A program made the position numbers and the translations under genes. The notes below the pieces were generated by a model, which did not search any database, had not been told where the DNA came from, and was given only the letters and a program-made list of their open reading frames with translations. A stretch of 64,000 bases of DNA from an uncultured bacterium. Lineage in GTDB: Bacteria; Chloroflexota; UBA5177; JANWHV01. Positions 9,476-21,084 of the stretch are shown here, piece after piece (within the stretch, counting starts at the first letter, position 1; the number at the start of each line of letters is the position of its first letter). Location of the stretch: assembly GCA_963827235.1 (NCBI GenBank), contig CAWHAE010000008.1, positions 160,001 through 224,000 on the forward strand, read 5' to 3'.

Positions 9476-10912
9476 TCAGCTCTTGGCTGAGCCTGCCGCA
9501 GACGCTTCCGAGTCGCGTGCGCGCCTCGCACCCGGCAGAACCACTCGAATCGCCTCGCGAAGCTCAGAGACGGGCAGCATCTCGATGCCTGCGGGAGCTC
9601 GTCCGCGAAGCGTCCGATAGTTCGCGGCCGGCATAATGCAGCGTCTAAAGCCCAGTTTGCTTGCCTCTGCCAGCCGGTCGGCTGCCTTGCCCACCCCGCG
9701 GACTTCGCCGGACAGGCCAAGCTCGCCGAAGGCAATTAGGTCGTCTGGCACAGCTTCGTCGGCGAAGCTGGAGACAATGGCTAGGGCAAGCGGCAGATCC
9801 GCTGCCGGCTCGCCCAGGCGCAGCCCCCCGGCCACGTTGCAGTACACGTCGTAGGTGTGGAGGGGAAGCCCGGCCCGCTTGCCGAGAATTGCCAGCAGCA
9901 GGTGCAGACGATTCAGGTCCAGGCCGGCGCACGTCCTTCGTGGAAGGCTGAACGTGGTGGCGCTCACCAGAGCTTGAATCTCGGCGAGCAGCGGCCGCGT
10001 GCCCTCCAGCGTGGCGGCGACCGCCGATCCCGGGCTTGCCTTGCCCCGCTCTTCCAGAAAGAGGGCAGACGGGTTCGCTACCTCCACCATGCCGGCTTCT
10101 CGCATCTCAAACACGCCTACCTCGTTCGTGGAGCCGAAGCGGTTCTTCACGCTGCGCAGTAGTCGGTAAGCATGAAAGCGCTCGCCTTCCATGTAGAGCA
10201 CTGTGTCCACGATGTGCTCGAGCACGCGCGGCCCGGCAATGGCGCCCTCCTTCGTGACATGGCCCACGACGACGACCGGGACGTGACTCGTCTTTGCGGC
10301 GTGCATCAGCCGCACTGTGCTCTCGCGGACCTGTGAGACGCTGCCCGCCGCCGACTCGATGTCCTCTACCTGCATGGTTTGAATGGAGTCGATCACCACG
10401 AGCGACGGTGCGAGCTCCCTCATTGCGGCAAGCACGGCATCGACGTCTACCTCGGCCAGTATGTAGAGCTCATCCGGCACTTCTCCGAGCCGGTCGGCGC
10501 GCATCTTCACCTGTTCAGCCGATTCCTCACCGGTAACATAGAGCACGCGCGAATGCGCGGCCAGCAGCGTGCAGAGCTGCAGCAGGAGGGTGGACTTGCC
10601 GATACCCGGGTCGCCCGCCAGTAAGACGAGCGATCCCGGCACGATGCCGCCGCCCAGTACGCGGTCGAGCTCGGCAATGGGCACTCGAATCCTCGTCCAG
10701 CTGTCCGTGTCCACCCTGGCAAGCCGCATGGGCCGTGCACCCGCCACGGTGCGCGCCGAGCGAGGCGTCTGCGCGGTGGATGCGCTCTCCTGCAGGGTCT
10801 CGACGAGCGAGTTCCAGCTACCGCAGTTGGGACAGCGTCCATACTGGGTGGGGAACTGACCGGCGCACTGCTGGCATACGTAGCTGGTCCGTCGCTTCGT
10901 CATTCCCGCCAC
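9476..10912 (-). CDS. radA: DNA repair protein RadA/Sms
   Basis: CQQC..CPNC zinc finger, GDPGIGKST, KNRFG motif, Lon-like C-terminus. Confidence 0.97.
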   Translation of the reverse strand: MAGMTKRRTSYVCQQCAGQFPTQYGRCPNCGSWNSLVETLQESASTAQTPRSARTVAGARPMRLARVDTDSWTRIRVPIAELDRVLGGGIVPGSLVLLAGDPGIGKSTLLLQLCTLLAAHSRVLYVTGEESAEQVKMRADRLGEVPDELYILAEVDVDAVLAAMRELAPSLVVIDSIQTMQVEDIESAAGSVSQVRESTVRLMHAAKTSHVPVVVVGHVTKEGAIAGPRVLEHIVDTVLYMEGERFHAYRLLRSVKNRFGSTNEVGVFEMREAGMVEVANPSALFLEERGKASPGSAVAATLEGTRPLLAEIQALVSATTFSLPRRTCAGLDLNRLHLLLAILGKRAGLPLHTYDVYCNVAGGLRLGEPAADLPLALAIVSSFADEAVPDDLIAFGELGLSGEVRGVGKAADRLAEASKLGFRRCIMPAANYRTLRGRAPAGIEMLPVSELREAIRVVLPGARRARDSEASAAGSAKS

Positions 10913-10981
10913 TCCCCGGGAAAGCGACGAGGGGCGGCCGGCCGGCTGCCCCTCGCCACACTGCCTCTCTTGCCCGCGGTC

Positions 10982-13484
10982 TCAGTCGGCGAAGACCGCA
11001 TCGCCCGGCTGAGGTTCCCTGGATTTGCCGACCAGCGTCAGCTCCCCGTTCTCAATATCCGCATTCACGTTGTCCCCGGCATGGAACTTGCCTTGCAGCA
11101 GGCCCTCTGCCAGCGGATCTTCGATGAAGTTCTGGATAGCTCGGCGCAAGGGCCGCGCTCCGTTGACCGCGTCGTACCCCTTCTCCACCAGGTAGTCCTT
11201 GGCCGCGTCAGTCGCATCCAGAGTCATGTCCTGCTCGATCAGCTGGCTGCGCACCCGGCGCAGCATCAGCTCCACGATCTCGCGAATCTGGTCCTGACGC
11301 AGGGAATGGAACACGATGGTGGCGTCGATGCGGTTGAGAAACTCCGGCTTGAAGGTCTGCTTCAGCTCTGTGGTGATCTTGCGCACCATCTCTTCGTGAT
11401 GCCGGTCCTCGCGGGCCTTGGCATCTTCGTCGCTGCGCGCCACGCGGAAGCCCAGTGCCGCTTCGCGGTTGAGCAGATTCGCCCCCACGTTCGAGGTCAT
11501 AATGATGATGGTGTTGCGGAAGTCGACGCCCCTGCCCTTCCCGTCCGTGAGCTTACCGTCCTCCAGGATCTGCAACAAAATGTTGAAAACGTCAGGATGC
11601 GCCTTCTCGACCTCGTCGAGCAAGACCACGGAATATGACTTGCGACGGACCGCCTCCGTGAGTTGCCCGCCCTCCTCATATCCGACATAGCCGGGAGGGG
11701 CGCCGGTCAAGCGAGCAGCGGCGTGCCGCTCCATGAATTCGGACATGTCGATCTTTATCAACATCTCCTCGCTGCCGAACATGAATTCGGCAAGCGCCTT
11801 GGCGAGCTCAGTCTTACCCACGCCGGTGGGCCCAAGGAAGATGAAGCTGCCTATCGGGCGCTTTGGATCCTTCAGGCCGGTGCGCGCGCGCCGGACAGCC
11901 TTGGCGATGGTCGAGATCGCCTCATCCTGGCCGATCACGCGGCCATGCAGGGCGCCTTCCATCTGCAGCAGCCGTTCCGACTCTTCCTGTGCGATTCTTC
12001 GCACCGGGATGCCCGTCCACATGGAGACGACTTCTGCAATGTCCTCCTCGCCGACCACGAGATTCCGTTCCGTCGGCGCTTCCTTGTCTTTGTCCTGCCA
12101 GCTCGATTGCAGGTTGGCGATCTTGTCGCGCAGATGCTTCTCGCGGTCGCGCAGATCGGCGGCCATCTCATACTGCTGGAGCTTGATCGCCTGCTCCTTG
12201 TCGTTCTGCACCTGCTCGATGTTCTGCAGAGCTTCTTTGAGAGAGAACGGCTGACCCGCGCGCTGCAAGCGCACTCGCGCCGACGCCTCGTCCATCAGGT
12301 CGATCGCCTTGTCCGGCATGAACCGGTCCGGGATGTATCGCTCGGCCATCTCAGCCGCTGCTCGAAGCGCCTCGTCGCTGATCTGCAGGTGGTGATGCGC
12401 TTCGTAGCGCGGCCGCAGACCATGCAGGATGCGGATCGTCTCGTCCACCGTCGACTCGTTGACCGTCACCATCTGGAATCGGCGCTCGAGCGCCGCGTCC
12501 CGCTCAATGTACTTGCGATACTCATCCAGCGTAGTGGCGCCGATACACTGCAGGTCGCCACGCGCAAGCGCCGGCTTCAGGATATTCGCGGCGTCTACCG
12601 CGCCCTCCGCCGCTCCAGCACCCACAATCGTGTGCAGCTCGTCGATGAAGAGAATGCAGTCTCCCGCCGCCTTGATCTCCTCGATGATCTTCTTCAGTCG
12701 CTCTTCAAATTCGCCGCGGTACTTGGTTCCTGCCACAAGCGAGCCGATATCGAGAGTGAGAAGTCGCTTGCCTGCCAAGCGTCTCGGGCACCTCGCCGTT
12801 GACGATTCGCTGCGCCAGTCCGTCGACAATGGCCGTCTTGCCGACTCCGGGCTCGCCGACCAGCGCGGCATTGTTCTTAAGGCGCCGGCTAAGAATCTGA
12901 ATGACGCGCTCGATTTCCACCGCACGGCCGATCACTGGGTCGACTTTGCCAGCTCGCGCCTGAGCGGTCATATCCAGCCCAAGCTGATCGATGGTCGGCG
13001 TCTTGCTGCCGTGCTTCGGCTCGTGGTGCGATGTCGGACTGCTCTGCGAGAGCACCTGGATCGTCTGTGTGCGCACCTTCTCTAGGTTGACACCGAGCGA
13101 CTCCAGGACACCGGCTGCGATACCCTCGCCTTCGCGCACCAGGCCGAGCAGCAGGTGTTCGGTGCCGATGTAGTGGTGGCCGAGACGCCGAGCCTCGTCG
13201 ACCGCCAGCTCGATCACCTTCTTGGCGCGTGGGGTCAGCCCAATCTCGCCGACAGTGGGACGGTCGCCGCGGCCAATGATGAATTCTACGGCACTCCGCA
13301 CCCTGTTCAGCTCTACACCCAGGTTCGAGAGCACCTTGGCTGCGACACCCTCACCCTCGCGCACCAGTCCAAGCAACAAGTGCTCGGTTCCGATGTAATT
13401 GTGGTTGAAGCGAGTGGCTTCCTCTTGGGCGAGGGTCAGCACTTTGCGAGCTCGCTCGGTGAACTTGTCGAACCTTTCGTTCAT
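10982..13484 (-). CDS. clpC: ClpC AAA+ ATPase, frameshift near 12777
   Basis: Two Clp-N repeats, [11 protein letters not shown]-like coil, [12 protein letters not shown] ClpP-binding loop. Split over two ORFs by one extra base. Confidence 0.93.
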
Positions 13485-13523
13485 GCCATGCTCTCTTCCG
13501 TAGCTTGATCCGGCCAGTGAATC

Positions 13524-13554
13524 GGATGGGGCGCGGTAGATTCGCGCCCCATCC
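13524..13554 (-). terminator. Stem-loop after rpsA
   Basis: GGATGGGGCGCG...CGCGCCCCATCC inverted repeat, no U-tract. Confidence 0.5.
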
Positions 13555-13562
13555 TCACCCGT

Positions 13563-14948
13563 CTATTCGCTCTGCGGCGGACTGTCCGGGACCTCCTCGT
13601 CCCAGTGACTTTCCTCCGGTTGGTCGTCCTCTGGTGGCGCTGCCGACCCATCCATGATTGCCTTGACGTCGGGCGAGATATCGTCTACCTGCCGGAGGCT
13701 CAATCCGAGTCTCCGGCGAGTTGGATTAATGTTAATGACACGAAGAGTAACGCGTTGCCCTTCGCTCACCACATCCTTTCCGTTCTCTACCGGCTCGGCC
13801 GACAACTCCGACAGATGAATCAGCCCTTCAATGCCATCGTCGATCTTGGCGAAGGCGCCAAACTTGGCCAGCTTGGTAATCGTGCCTTCCACAAGATCGC
13901 CCACGTGGTATTTCTGATCGACGCGCGACCACGGATCCGGCTGCGCCTTCTTCAGACTCAGCGCGATCTTCTTCGTCTCCGGGTCGATGCTAAGCACGTA
14001 GACTTCCACTTCGTCGCCTACCGACAGGACCTCGCTAGGATGATTCACGCGGCTGTAAGAGAGCTGCGAGATGTGCACGAGTCCGTCGGCGCCGCCGAGA
14101 TCGACAAATGCGCCGAAGCTTGCAAGGCTGGTGACACGGCCGCGCCGCACCTGGCCGGGCAGCAGCTCCGCCAGCAGCTCGTCTTTTCTGTGGCTCCGCT
14201 GCTCCTGAAGGGCGAGCCGCTCGGAGAGGATAAGGCGGTTCCGGTTGCGGTTCAACTCGATAATCTTGAGCTTGAGCACACGGCCCTTCATCTGCGCCAG
14301 GCGGTCGATCACTTCGGATGGCTCGCCTTCCTGACCCTTGGACAGTCCGCGCAGCTCGGGAATCTGCGAAATAGGCACGAAGCCCCGAACGCCCAGGTCG
14401 ACGATCAAGCCGCCCTTGTTGAAATCGATCACTTCGGCTTCGATGACTCGGTCCTCTTGGTAGAGCTCCTCGGCCGCGCGCCAGGACTTCTCCATGCGAG
14501 CACGCCTGATGGAGAGGATCGCATGCCCTTCAGGGCCTTCGGGCTGCATGACATACACGAGTACTTTGGAGCCGATGTGCAGCTGTTCCGTAACCTCATC
14601 GTCCATCTCGCGCCCGTTGATCACACCCTCGGACTTGAGACCTATGTCCACGAGGATCTCATCGGGGTCGATACGTGCCACGATGCCGTCGATCACTTCG
14701 CCCCGTTGAAGCGTGCGAAGAGCATTCGACGGGTGATCGAGAAGCGACTCCATGGTGTCTTCGCTCTCGTCCTGCGGCAATGCTTGTACGTTGGCCACCG
14801 GTACTGAAGTGCCCTTCAGGTCGACGTTTGCACCCTCACCCTGATTGGCTACCTCCTGCTCGGCCGTAGCTGGTGTCGCGTCTAGACCGACCGGTGCCAC
14901 TGGCTCCTCAGGTTGCTGAGGTACGGTTGACTGCTCTTCGATCAACAT
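13563..14948 (-). CDS. rpsA: 30S ribosomal protein S1 (four S1 domains)
   Basis: DIGLKSEG, RGFVPISQ, FGAFVDLGGADGLVHISQLS, IEGLIHLSEL. Probable ATG at 14948 after AGGAG. Confidence 0.92.
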   Translation of the reverse strand: MLIEEQSTVPQQPEEPVAPVGLDATPATAEQEVANQGEGANVDLKGTSVPVANVQALPQDESEDTMESLLDHPSNALRTLQRGEVIDGIVARIDPDEILVDIGLKSEGVINGREMDDEVTEQLHIGSKVLVYVMQPEGPEGHAILSIRRARMEKSWRAAEELYQEDRVIEAEVIDFNKGGLIVDLGVRGFVPISQIPELRGLSKGQEGEPSEVIDRLAQMKGRVLKLKIIELNRNRNRLILSERLALQEQRSHRKDELLAELLPGQVRRGRVTSLASFGAFVDLGGADGLVHISQLSYSRVNHPSEVLSVGDEVEVYVLSIDPETKKIALSLKKAQPDPWSRVDQKYHVGDLVEGTITKLAKFGAFAKIDDGIEGLIHLSELSAEPVENGKDVVSEGQRVTLRVININPTRRRLGLSLRQVDDISPDVKAIMDGSAAPPEDDQPEESHWDEEVPDSPPQSE

Positions 14949-15149
14949 CCGCTCCTGGTGGTGTAGTGTCAACGCCGGCCAGTTGAACCACAGCACCCTT
15001 GATTTGGGTACACCGATCCCTTGGTACGGTCATTGCATGACTCAGTATACCACTGGCGGTTGTAGATGCCAGTCTACGACACGATTTCACAGTTCGTGCA
15101 TTTCGTGCTTATGGCCGGGTTGTTCGACCTCAGCCCGATGCCGGACGCG

Positions 15150-18100
15150 TCAGGTCAGTTGTTCACCATAGATGCTCGAGCTACCCACTCCACCGCTGAC
15201 AAACGCGCTAGCGACGTCTCCGCTAGCCAGCAAGATGATGCCCTGGGCCTCACCGGCCGACGAGACCTGCACGTCCTTGGTGGTGCCGGCAGCCACGCTG
15301 CCGTCGAAAGCCGCTGCATTGCCGGCAGAGCTCCCAAGGCTCACCTGCACGCGCACGGCCGAGCCGCCGGGATTGTAGACCCGCAGCAACGCCGGCCCTG
15401 CGGAGAGGTCGACCGTTGCACCATCCAGGCTGCCGTTGCTGCCCTGTTCTACCATGCCTGGAATGCTTCCCGCGTTCGGCGAGCCTCCGAAGTAGATCGG
15501 TGCCTCGGCGATTACGGGCGTGTCGCTGCTCAGGATGCCTGTGACGTTCCCGTGGTCGCCGGGCAGAATACTTGCCACGTCGAAAGTGTGGCGTTGGCTT
15601 CCCTCTGTTGCCGCCTGCGCCGTGGCGAGTATGTTCCCGCTCGCGTCGAGCAGCTTGAGCGACACGTTGGCCACACCTGAATTCGGGTTGAGCACCGCCA
15701 CGAACGCCTGCGAGCCGCTCGCACTCGGCAGCGACGAGAACGACTGGCTCGTCGAGCCCGTGGCAATGGCCGGTGCCATGGAGAAGCCGTACTTCGCCGA
15801 TCCATCACCTGCACCCCAGTACATTACCCGATCGACGGCGATTGGCCGGTCGGAGGTGACTTGCAGTGCGATGTCCCGCGACCCCGTGGGCATCATCTTG
15901 TCGTACAGACCGGCGACATTGATCGTCGTCTGGCCGCCCGCCGGAACTGTGACAGGCATAGCCGCCGGCACGGGCGCGCCGCTCGGCAGGTAGCGAATCT
16001 CAGCCTTTGACGCCGTCGAGCCCGGGTTGTAGAGCACCGCGTACTCCTGGAAGGACTGGCCGGCACTGCCCTCGGCGAGATACCAGGTGTCGGCAAGTTT
16101 CGCCAGGCCGGGGCTGCTTCCACCGTCCAGCTGCGTGCCGTCGCTACGGGTGCGGTTGATCACTTCCTCCGCCAACACACCCGTGGACGATCTGACGGTA
16201 GCGCTTACGATACGGTCGTTACCCACGTCATTGTTGACCGACCGGGAGATCGTGGCGCCTGGCGCTATCGTGTCCTGTTTGGCAACTATCGTACTGGACC
16301 TGGTGGCCGAATCGTACACCGCGTACCTGGTCGTGACTTCCGCGGTAGTGGATGTAGGATTGAAGAAATACAGCTGCTCTACAAAGGTCACTTTGCCGTC
16401 CACTTCGGACGTTCCTGTGTAGCCCTCAGCAAAGTAGGTGGTGCTCGGTGCGGTGCCAATCGTCGGCAGCACCGGTACAGTCGCAGAGGGCGAGGCAGTA
16501 GGCGATGGCGAAGCCGTGATCGTCGGCGTCTCGGTCGGCGACGGCTGCGCGGTCGCCGTTTCGGTGGCCGTGGTCGCGCCGGCGAGCACGCTGAAGGCTG
16601 TCACCTGTATCTTCCCACTGGTCTGACCGGCTGCCAGCAGCAGGTAGTCCGCGGCGTCGACGTTCGGCACCATGTACTGCACGTCGTAAATCGATCCTGT
16701 ACTATCGGCCTGGAACACCTGCATGGTGCTGGCGATGGCAGCGGGCGCCGCCGATGCCTGAGCCAGTGAGATTGCCACTTGCTCTCCGGCAATGAACCCG
16801 GTGCCGCTTATCGCTATCGTCTGGCCCGGCACCGCGCTGTCCGGGCTGGTCTCGAACTCGATGCTGGGGGCGGTAACGGAGATACCGGTGGACGCGTTGT
16901 CGCCGGCCGTGCTCACGGCGCTCACGGTGTAGTCTCCAGCCGTGGTAGTGACGGGCACCGAGACCGTCGCCGTAAACGTCCCACCGATCGGCGTCGCCGA
17001 CTGGCTGCTCCCGAATGCCGACACGGTTACCCAAGAGTCGGCGGTGAAGCCGCTGCCGGTTACGGTGAACGATGCGCCGGCTGCAACGGTTGCCGGCAAT
17101 GCCGTGAGGGCGGCAGTGCTAGAGGTTGTGCCGATCGGGAGCGTTGCGCTGTCGGTAATGCCGCCGATCATGACCAATACGTCTGCGGACGTGGTTCCTG
17201 AAGTCAGTGCCGGCACGATGAATGCGACATCATAGCAGCCGGGGGTGGTGGTTTCCGTGATTCCGCTCTCCGTGGCAGCCAGTCCATCTACGGACACCAT
17301 GGCACTGGTGGCTCCCGTGGCGAAGCCGCAGCCGCTGGCCGTTACCTGTTGTCCCACGGCCGCCGACGTGGGTGCGAAGGTCAAGCCGCCGGTCCCGGCA
17401 ATACTGGAACCGATGATCAGGCTGCCGCTATCGGCGACGCCGCCAATCATGACCAGAACGGTTGCCGATGTGTCTGCGGAGGTCAGGGTGGGCACGAGGA
17501 AGGCGACGTCGTAACAGCCGGAAACGCCCGTCGCCATGGTGCTCGTGGCATCAGCGGCAGTTCCCTCGACGTACACTGTAGCGCTGCCGGACCCAGCAGG
17601 ATATCCGCAGCCACTGGCAGTTACCTGCTGGCCCGCTGCCGCCGAGGCTGGTGAGAAGGTCAAGCTGCCCGTGCCAGCCGTCGAGGTGCCGATCTGGAGG
17701 GTGCCCTCGTCGACCACGCTTCCTACCATCATAAGGACGTCCGCGGAGGTCGAGCCGAACGACACAGTGGGCACGGTGAAGGTAACGGAGAAGCAGCCGG
17801 TGCTGCCGGTAGGCGTGAGGCTCGTCGTCGTGATAGAAACGCCGGCCACGTATACGGTGGCGCTGCCGGCGCCCGTGAGGAAGCCACAGCCGGTGGCAGT
17901 CACTTGTTGACCGATCGCCGCGGAGGTCGGAGACAGTGTCAGACTGCCCGCGCCGGTTGAGGATCCGCCGACGGTGAGCGTTCCGCTCGCGGCTACCGTG
18001 CCGATAGTCACCAGGACATCCGCGGACGTGGCGCTCGTTGTCACATCGGGTACTGTGAATGCGACCGCGTAGCAGCCTGAGCCTCCTGTTTGGGCTACGC

Positions 18101-18611
18101 TCGTGGTGGAAGCGGCCATGCCATCTACGTACACCGTGGCGCTGCCCGAGCCAACGGGGAAGCCGCAGCCCGTAGCCGTCACCTGCTGTCCAATTGCTGC
18201 CGAGCCGGGCGAAAGGGTCAGGGTGCCTATGCCAGTCGAGGACGATTCGACGGTCAGGGTGCCGTTGTCCGAAGCCGTGCCGATAGTCACGAACACGTCC
18301 ACCGAGGTCACGCCGGAGCCTAGGCCGGGCACCGCGAACGTAACGACGTAGCATCCGGCGCTGCCCGACGCCGTCATGCTTGATACCGTGGCCGAGACGC
18401 CGTCCACGAGGACCGTGGCACCGCCGGCGCCGACCGGGAAGCCGCAGCCCGTGGCCGACACCGATTCTCCGATCGTGGCTGAGCTCGGCGAGAGCGCCAG
18501 CGAATCAGCCTGCACACTGCTCGCGGCCGCAGGCGCCAACGCGACCAACACGCTGCACAGCAATAGCGCCGAGAGCCTCTTGCCGGTGAGAAAGGAGACT
18601 GCAGCCATCAT
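15150..18611 (-). CDS. Large secreted surface protein: Ig/IPT-like repeats, Thr/Pro linker, C-terminal YFAEG-type (DUF5719-like) repeats
   Basis: Signal peptide, seven LxxSPxSxxxGxxVxxxGxGF modules (five with paired Cys), TPT linker, TYFAEGYT..FNP and WYLAEG..YNP repeats. Confidence 0.8.
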   Translation of the reverse strand: MMAAVSFLTGKRLSALLLCSVLVALAPAAASSVQADSLALSPSSATIGESVSATGCGFPVGAGGATVLVDGVSATVSSMTASGSAGCYVVTFAVPGLGSGVTSVDVFVTIGTASDNGTLTVESSSTGIGTLTLSPGSAAIGQQVTATGCGFPVGSGSATVYVDGMAASTTSVAQTGGSGCYAVAFTVPDVTTSATSADVLVTIGTVAASGTLTVGGSSTGAGSLTLSPTSAAIGQQVTATGCGFLTGAGSATVYVAGVSITTTSLTPTGSTGCFSVTFTVPTVSFGSTSADVLMMVGSVVDEGTLQIGTSTAGTGSLTFSPASAAAGQQVTASGCGYPAGSGSATVYVEGTAADATSTMATGVSGCYDVAFLVPTLTSADTSATVLVMIGGVADSGSLIIGSSIAGTGGLTFAPTSAAVGQQVTASGCGFATGATSAMVSVDGLAATESGITETTTPGCYDVAFIVPALTSGTTSADVLVMIGGITDSATLPIGTTSSTAALTALPATVAAGASFTVTGSGFTADSWVTVSAFGSSQSATPIGGTFTATVSVPVTTTAGDYTVSAVSTAGDNASTGISVTAPSIEFETSPDSAVPGQTIAISGTGFIAGEQVAISLAQASAAPAAIASTMQVFQADSTGSIYDVQYMVPNVDAADYLLLAAGQTSGKIQVTAFSVLAGATTATETATAQPSPTETPTITASPSPTASPSATVPVLPTIGTAPSTTYFAEGYTGTSEVDGKVTFVEQLYFFNPTSTTAEVTTRYAVYDSATRSSTIVAKQDTIAPGATISRSVNNDVGNDRIVSATVRSSTGVLAEEVINRTRSDGTQLDGGSSPGLAKLADTWYLAEGSAGQSFQEYAVLYNPGSTASKAEIRYLPSGAPVPAAMPVTVPAGGQTTINVAGLYDKMMPTGSRDIALQVTSDRPIAVDRVMYWGAGDGSAKYGFSMAPAIATGSTSQSFSSLPSASGSQAFVAVLNPNSGVANVSLKLLDASGNILATAQAATEGSQRHTFDVASILPGDHGNVTGILSSDTPVIAEAPIYFGGSPNAGSIPGMVEQGSNGSLDGATVDLSAGPALLRVYNPGGSAVRVQVSLGSSAGNAAAFDGSVAAGTTKDVQVSSAGEAQGIILLASGDVASAFVSGGVGSSSIYGEQLT

Positions 18612-19779
18612 GTGCCTTTCTATGGGATCGAGATGGACCCTGGAACTGCTTCAAGAGGTTTCACGGGGATGTGAGGTGTCGCGCCGGCGAGCACATCTTG
18701 CGAAGACGTCGCCTCCACGCGTGACAGCGACGTGATCCTTGCTGGACCGTATTGCCCGACGGTTATCGGCACATCGGCATGCTGGACACCAATTCGGCTT
18801 GCCGATAGCCTATGATTGAGCGGGCGGCAATGCAGCACGCCGACACTGGCCCTGGCGCAGCGCGGTTCCTTGGGGAGTAGCCTCACACTGTCATCGCCTC
18901 CATAATACACGCCGGTCAATTATCGTTCATCGGACTGGCGTGACAGATCGATGACAACTAACGGCAACTCACTCCGAATCTCAGCCTTTCCCTACTTGCG
19001 ACTTCGACACTGTGCCAATTGATGGGCGGATTCAGACCATTTGCGCCGCTGCCCGACGTTCAGTTGCGACATCCTTGCCTGAAGAACGGAGTCAGTCTGC
19101 TCATTCACGGGTAATCTCCGCCAGACGCCAACGCTGATCTGGCCTGAAGAGCGAGTGCGGTTGTGGCGCGATGCCGGGGCGCGCCACACGGCGCGCCACG
19201 CAGGCGGCGGCCTTCAGACCGCTGTTGCTCCTCCCGCCGTCTTTCTCACTCGTCGGGCAGATATGCGATGACACCGGCGGGCGGCATGCGCGAGCATGCC
19301 ACCCATTCGAATCCTAGCCTTGTTCTCCGACGTACAAATGTTCCACATCTTGGGCTACATATTGGACATGCCGGCGGCTCAAAGCGGCTCCGCTGAGTCC
19401 GCTTCCTGGCTCGATAGTCGCCACTGCAGCCATATTGACGCTGGCCGGACACGCATTTCTGGTGGTCGGGACCGCTTCTTGGTCGCAAAATCCATGGTCG
19501 CGCAGCCAGATCGGGCACCGCCGTCAAGGTGGGCGGAGAATGAGCCTAGCAGATAGACCCTGGGCTAGCGCTGGTCTCGTTTCGGGAGGAAGTAGACTTC
19601 AGGGCGCGTTCACCGCGCCACCGGCCCTACCTCAGGCGTGAGGAAGGCTTGCCGATCCGTCACGGTTTCGCCTGCGACTTGGTGGTCTCTGGCTTCATCT
19701 GGCTGCAGATTGCCACACTTCTGCGCTGCCGTTCTGAGCCGAGCAGCATAGCCTTCCTTGCTCGCGCTTTCATTGCCGG

Positions 19780-20716
19780 CTACCTTATTGCAGTGCCCGA
19801 CAAACGCGGCTCCCGGAAGGCGGTAAGATCGTCAAACTCGCGCAGCACAGTCCTATGGATCGCCAGTGGCAGCGGTTCGGAGAGCTGTAGCTCACTAGTG
19901 GCGTCCAGCATGGCTCCCTTTAGTTTGGCGCGCGCGGTGCCGTCGGGCTCTCCTTCGACGTAGCTGAGCGTTACGTGTGCCCGGAATGCATGCTTCCTGA
20001 CAACGCCGAGTTGCTGCAGTCTGCGATCACCGTAGATCGACTCCCGGACGCGCATCACCCGCAGATAGGCGTCTGCATCGTCCACATTGCCGCACATCTT
20101 GGCCACAGCCACCACTGCCGGCCCGAATAGACTCAACCCACGCACGCCAAGTCCGTGGGGGCTTGGGGGCTGGCAATCTCGGCAGAGGTGCGGTCGCGAT
20201 CGAGGGAGTGCATAGCGAGTAGCAATTCTCGAGTCTCTTGACTGAGCGGTTCGTCAGAGCCGTTGGCTGCGGTCGTCCTAATGTTCATTTGTTGCATATC
20301 GGACCCAGCGATCTGGTCAGCTATGGTGATGTGGAAGCTCGACGGCGGAACCGGAGCGAAGTCGATGTCTGACAGAGCCTGGACAAGCCTTGCCTGCAGC
20401 TCTGCAAGCGCAGCATAGGTTCTGACGTTCAGGCGCTGCACTATCGACGTCTTGCGCAGGCGCGACAGGTCGTCCGAAGCTTCGCGTGAAGCACAGGCAC
20501 GATACTGTTTCGGTCCTCGCAGAATGGTGGAGTGATCACTGTATATCCGGCGAAGGCAACGGGCCCCCACGCGCCGGTAGCTGGGTCTCTTGCAAACCTG
20601 GAGGCCGACCGAGGCTCGTCAGACCCCTGCAGGTCATCTACCATCCCATAGATAGTATCCTTCCCGACAATGTCCTCCACCCCACCTTGATACACGCTGA
20701 ACACATCGTCGTTCAT
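19780..20716 (-). CDS. 2H-phosphoesterase, DUF1868-like, frameshifts near 20487 and 20147
   Basis: Three consecutive ORF pieces give FAGYTVITPP...PVPPSSFHITIAD...RESIY...FRAHVTLSY...LREFDDLT with two HxT motifs. Confidence 0.65.
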
Positions 20717-21084
20717 GTTCTGTCCACTTGTCCCAGAAGCCACTGTCTCCAGTTCTATATTTCCTGCTGAGGCACGTATTGCATGGGAGTCTGCGGTTCC
20801 GCGCCGGCGCCACCGGACTGCAGCATGTGTCGCGTCTTTGGAAGCGGTGCGGCCATCGCTCTCATTTGAGTCTGATTCTCGGCCTGATTCTCGCGCTCCC
20901 TAATAGGGGTGACAGTATGTCGGATGCTGGCTACCTCCACGGCAAGGAGGTAGGCGTGCAACAGATCGAAGTGGTCGAGAATCGAAGTGACGTGGGTGGC
21001 TTTCGAGGGGGATTACCGGGAGCCTGCCGACGGTGGCGGCGGACGGAAAGCCGCTGGATGGCGAGTCTCCGCGGCGGCCCTCTC

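Noticed and set aside
11663-14807. Long antisense ORFs opposite clpC and rpsA (also opposite icd, the aminotransferase and the GT2)
   Set aside because: Shadow ORFs expected from high-GC codon bias, with no protein motifs.
18620-19240. Riboswitch or sigma28 promoter upstream of the surface protein gene
   Set aside because: A GCCGATAA is present on the minus strand but has no TAAA -35 at the right spacing. I recognised no riboswitch consensus; an Rfam scan would be needed.
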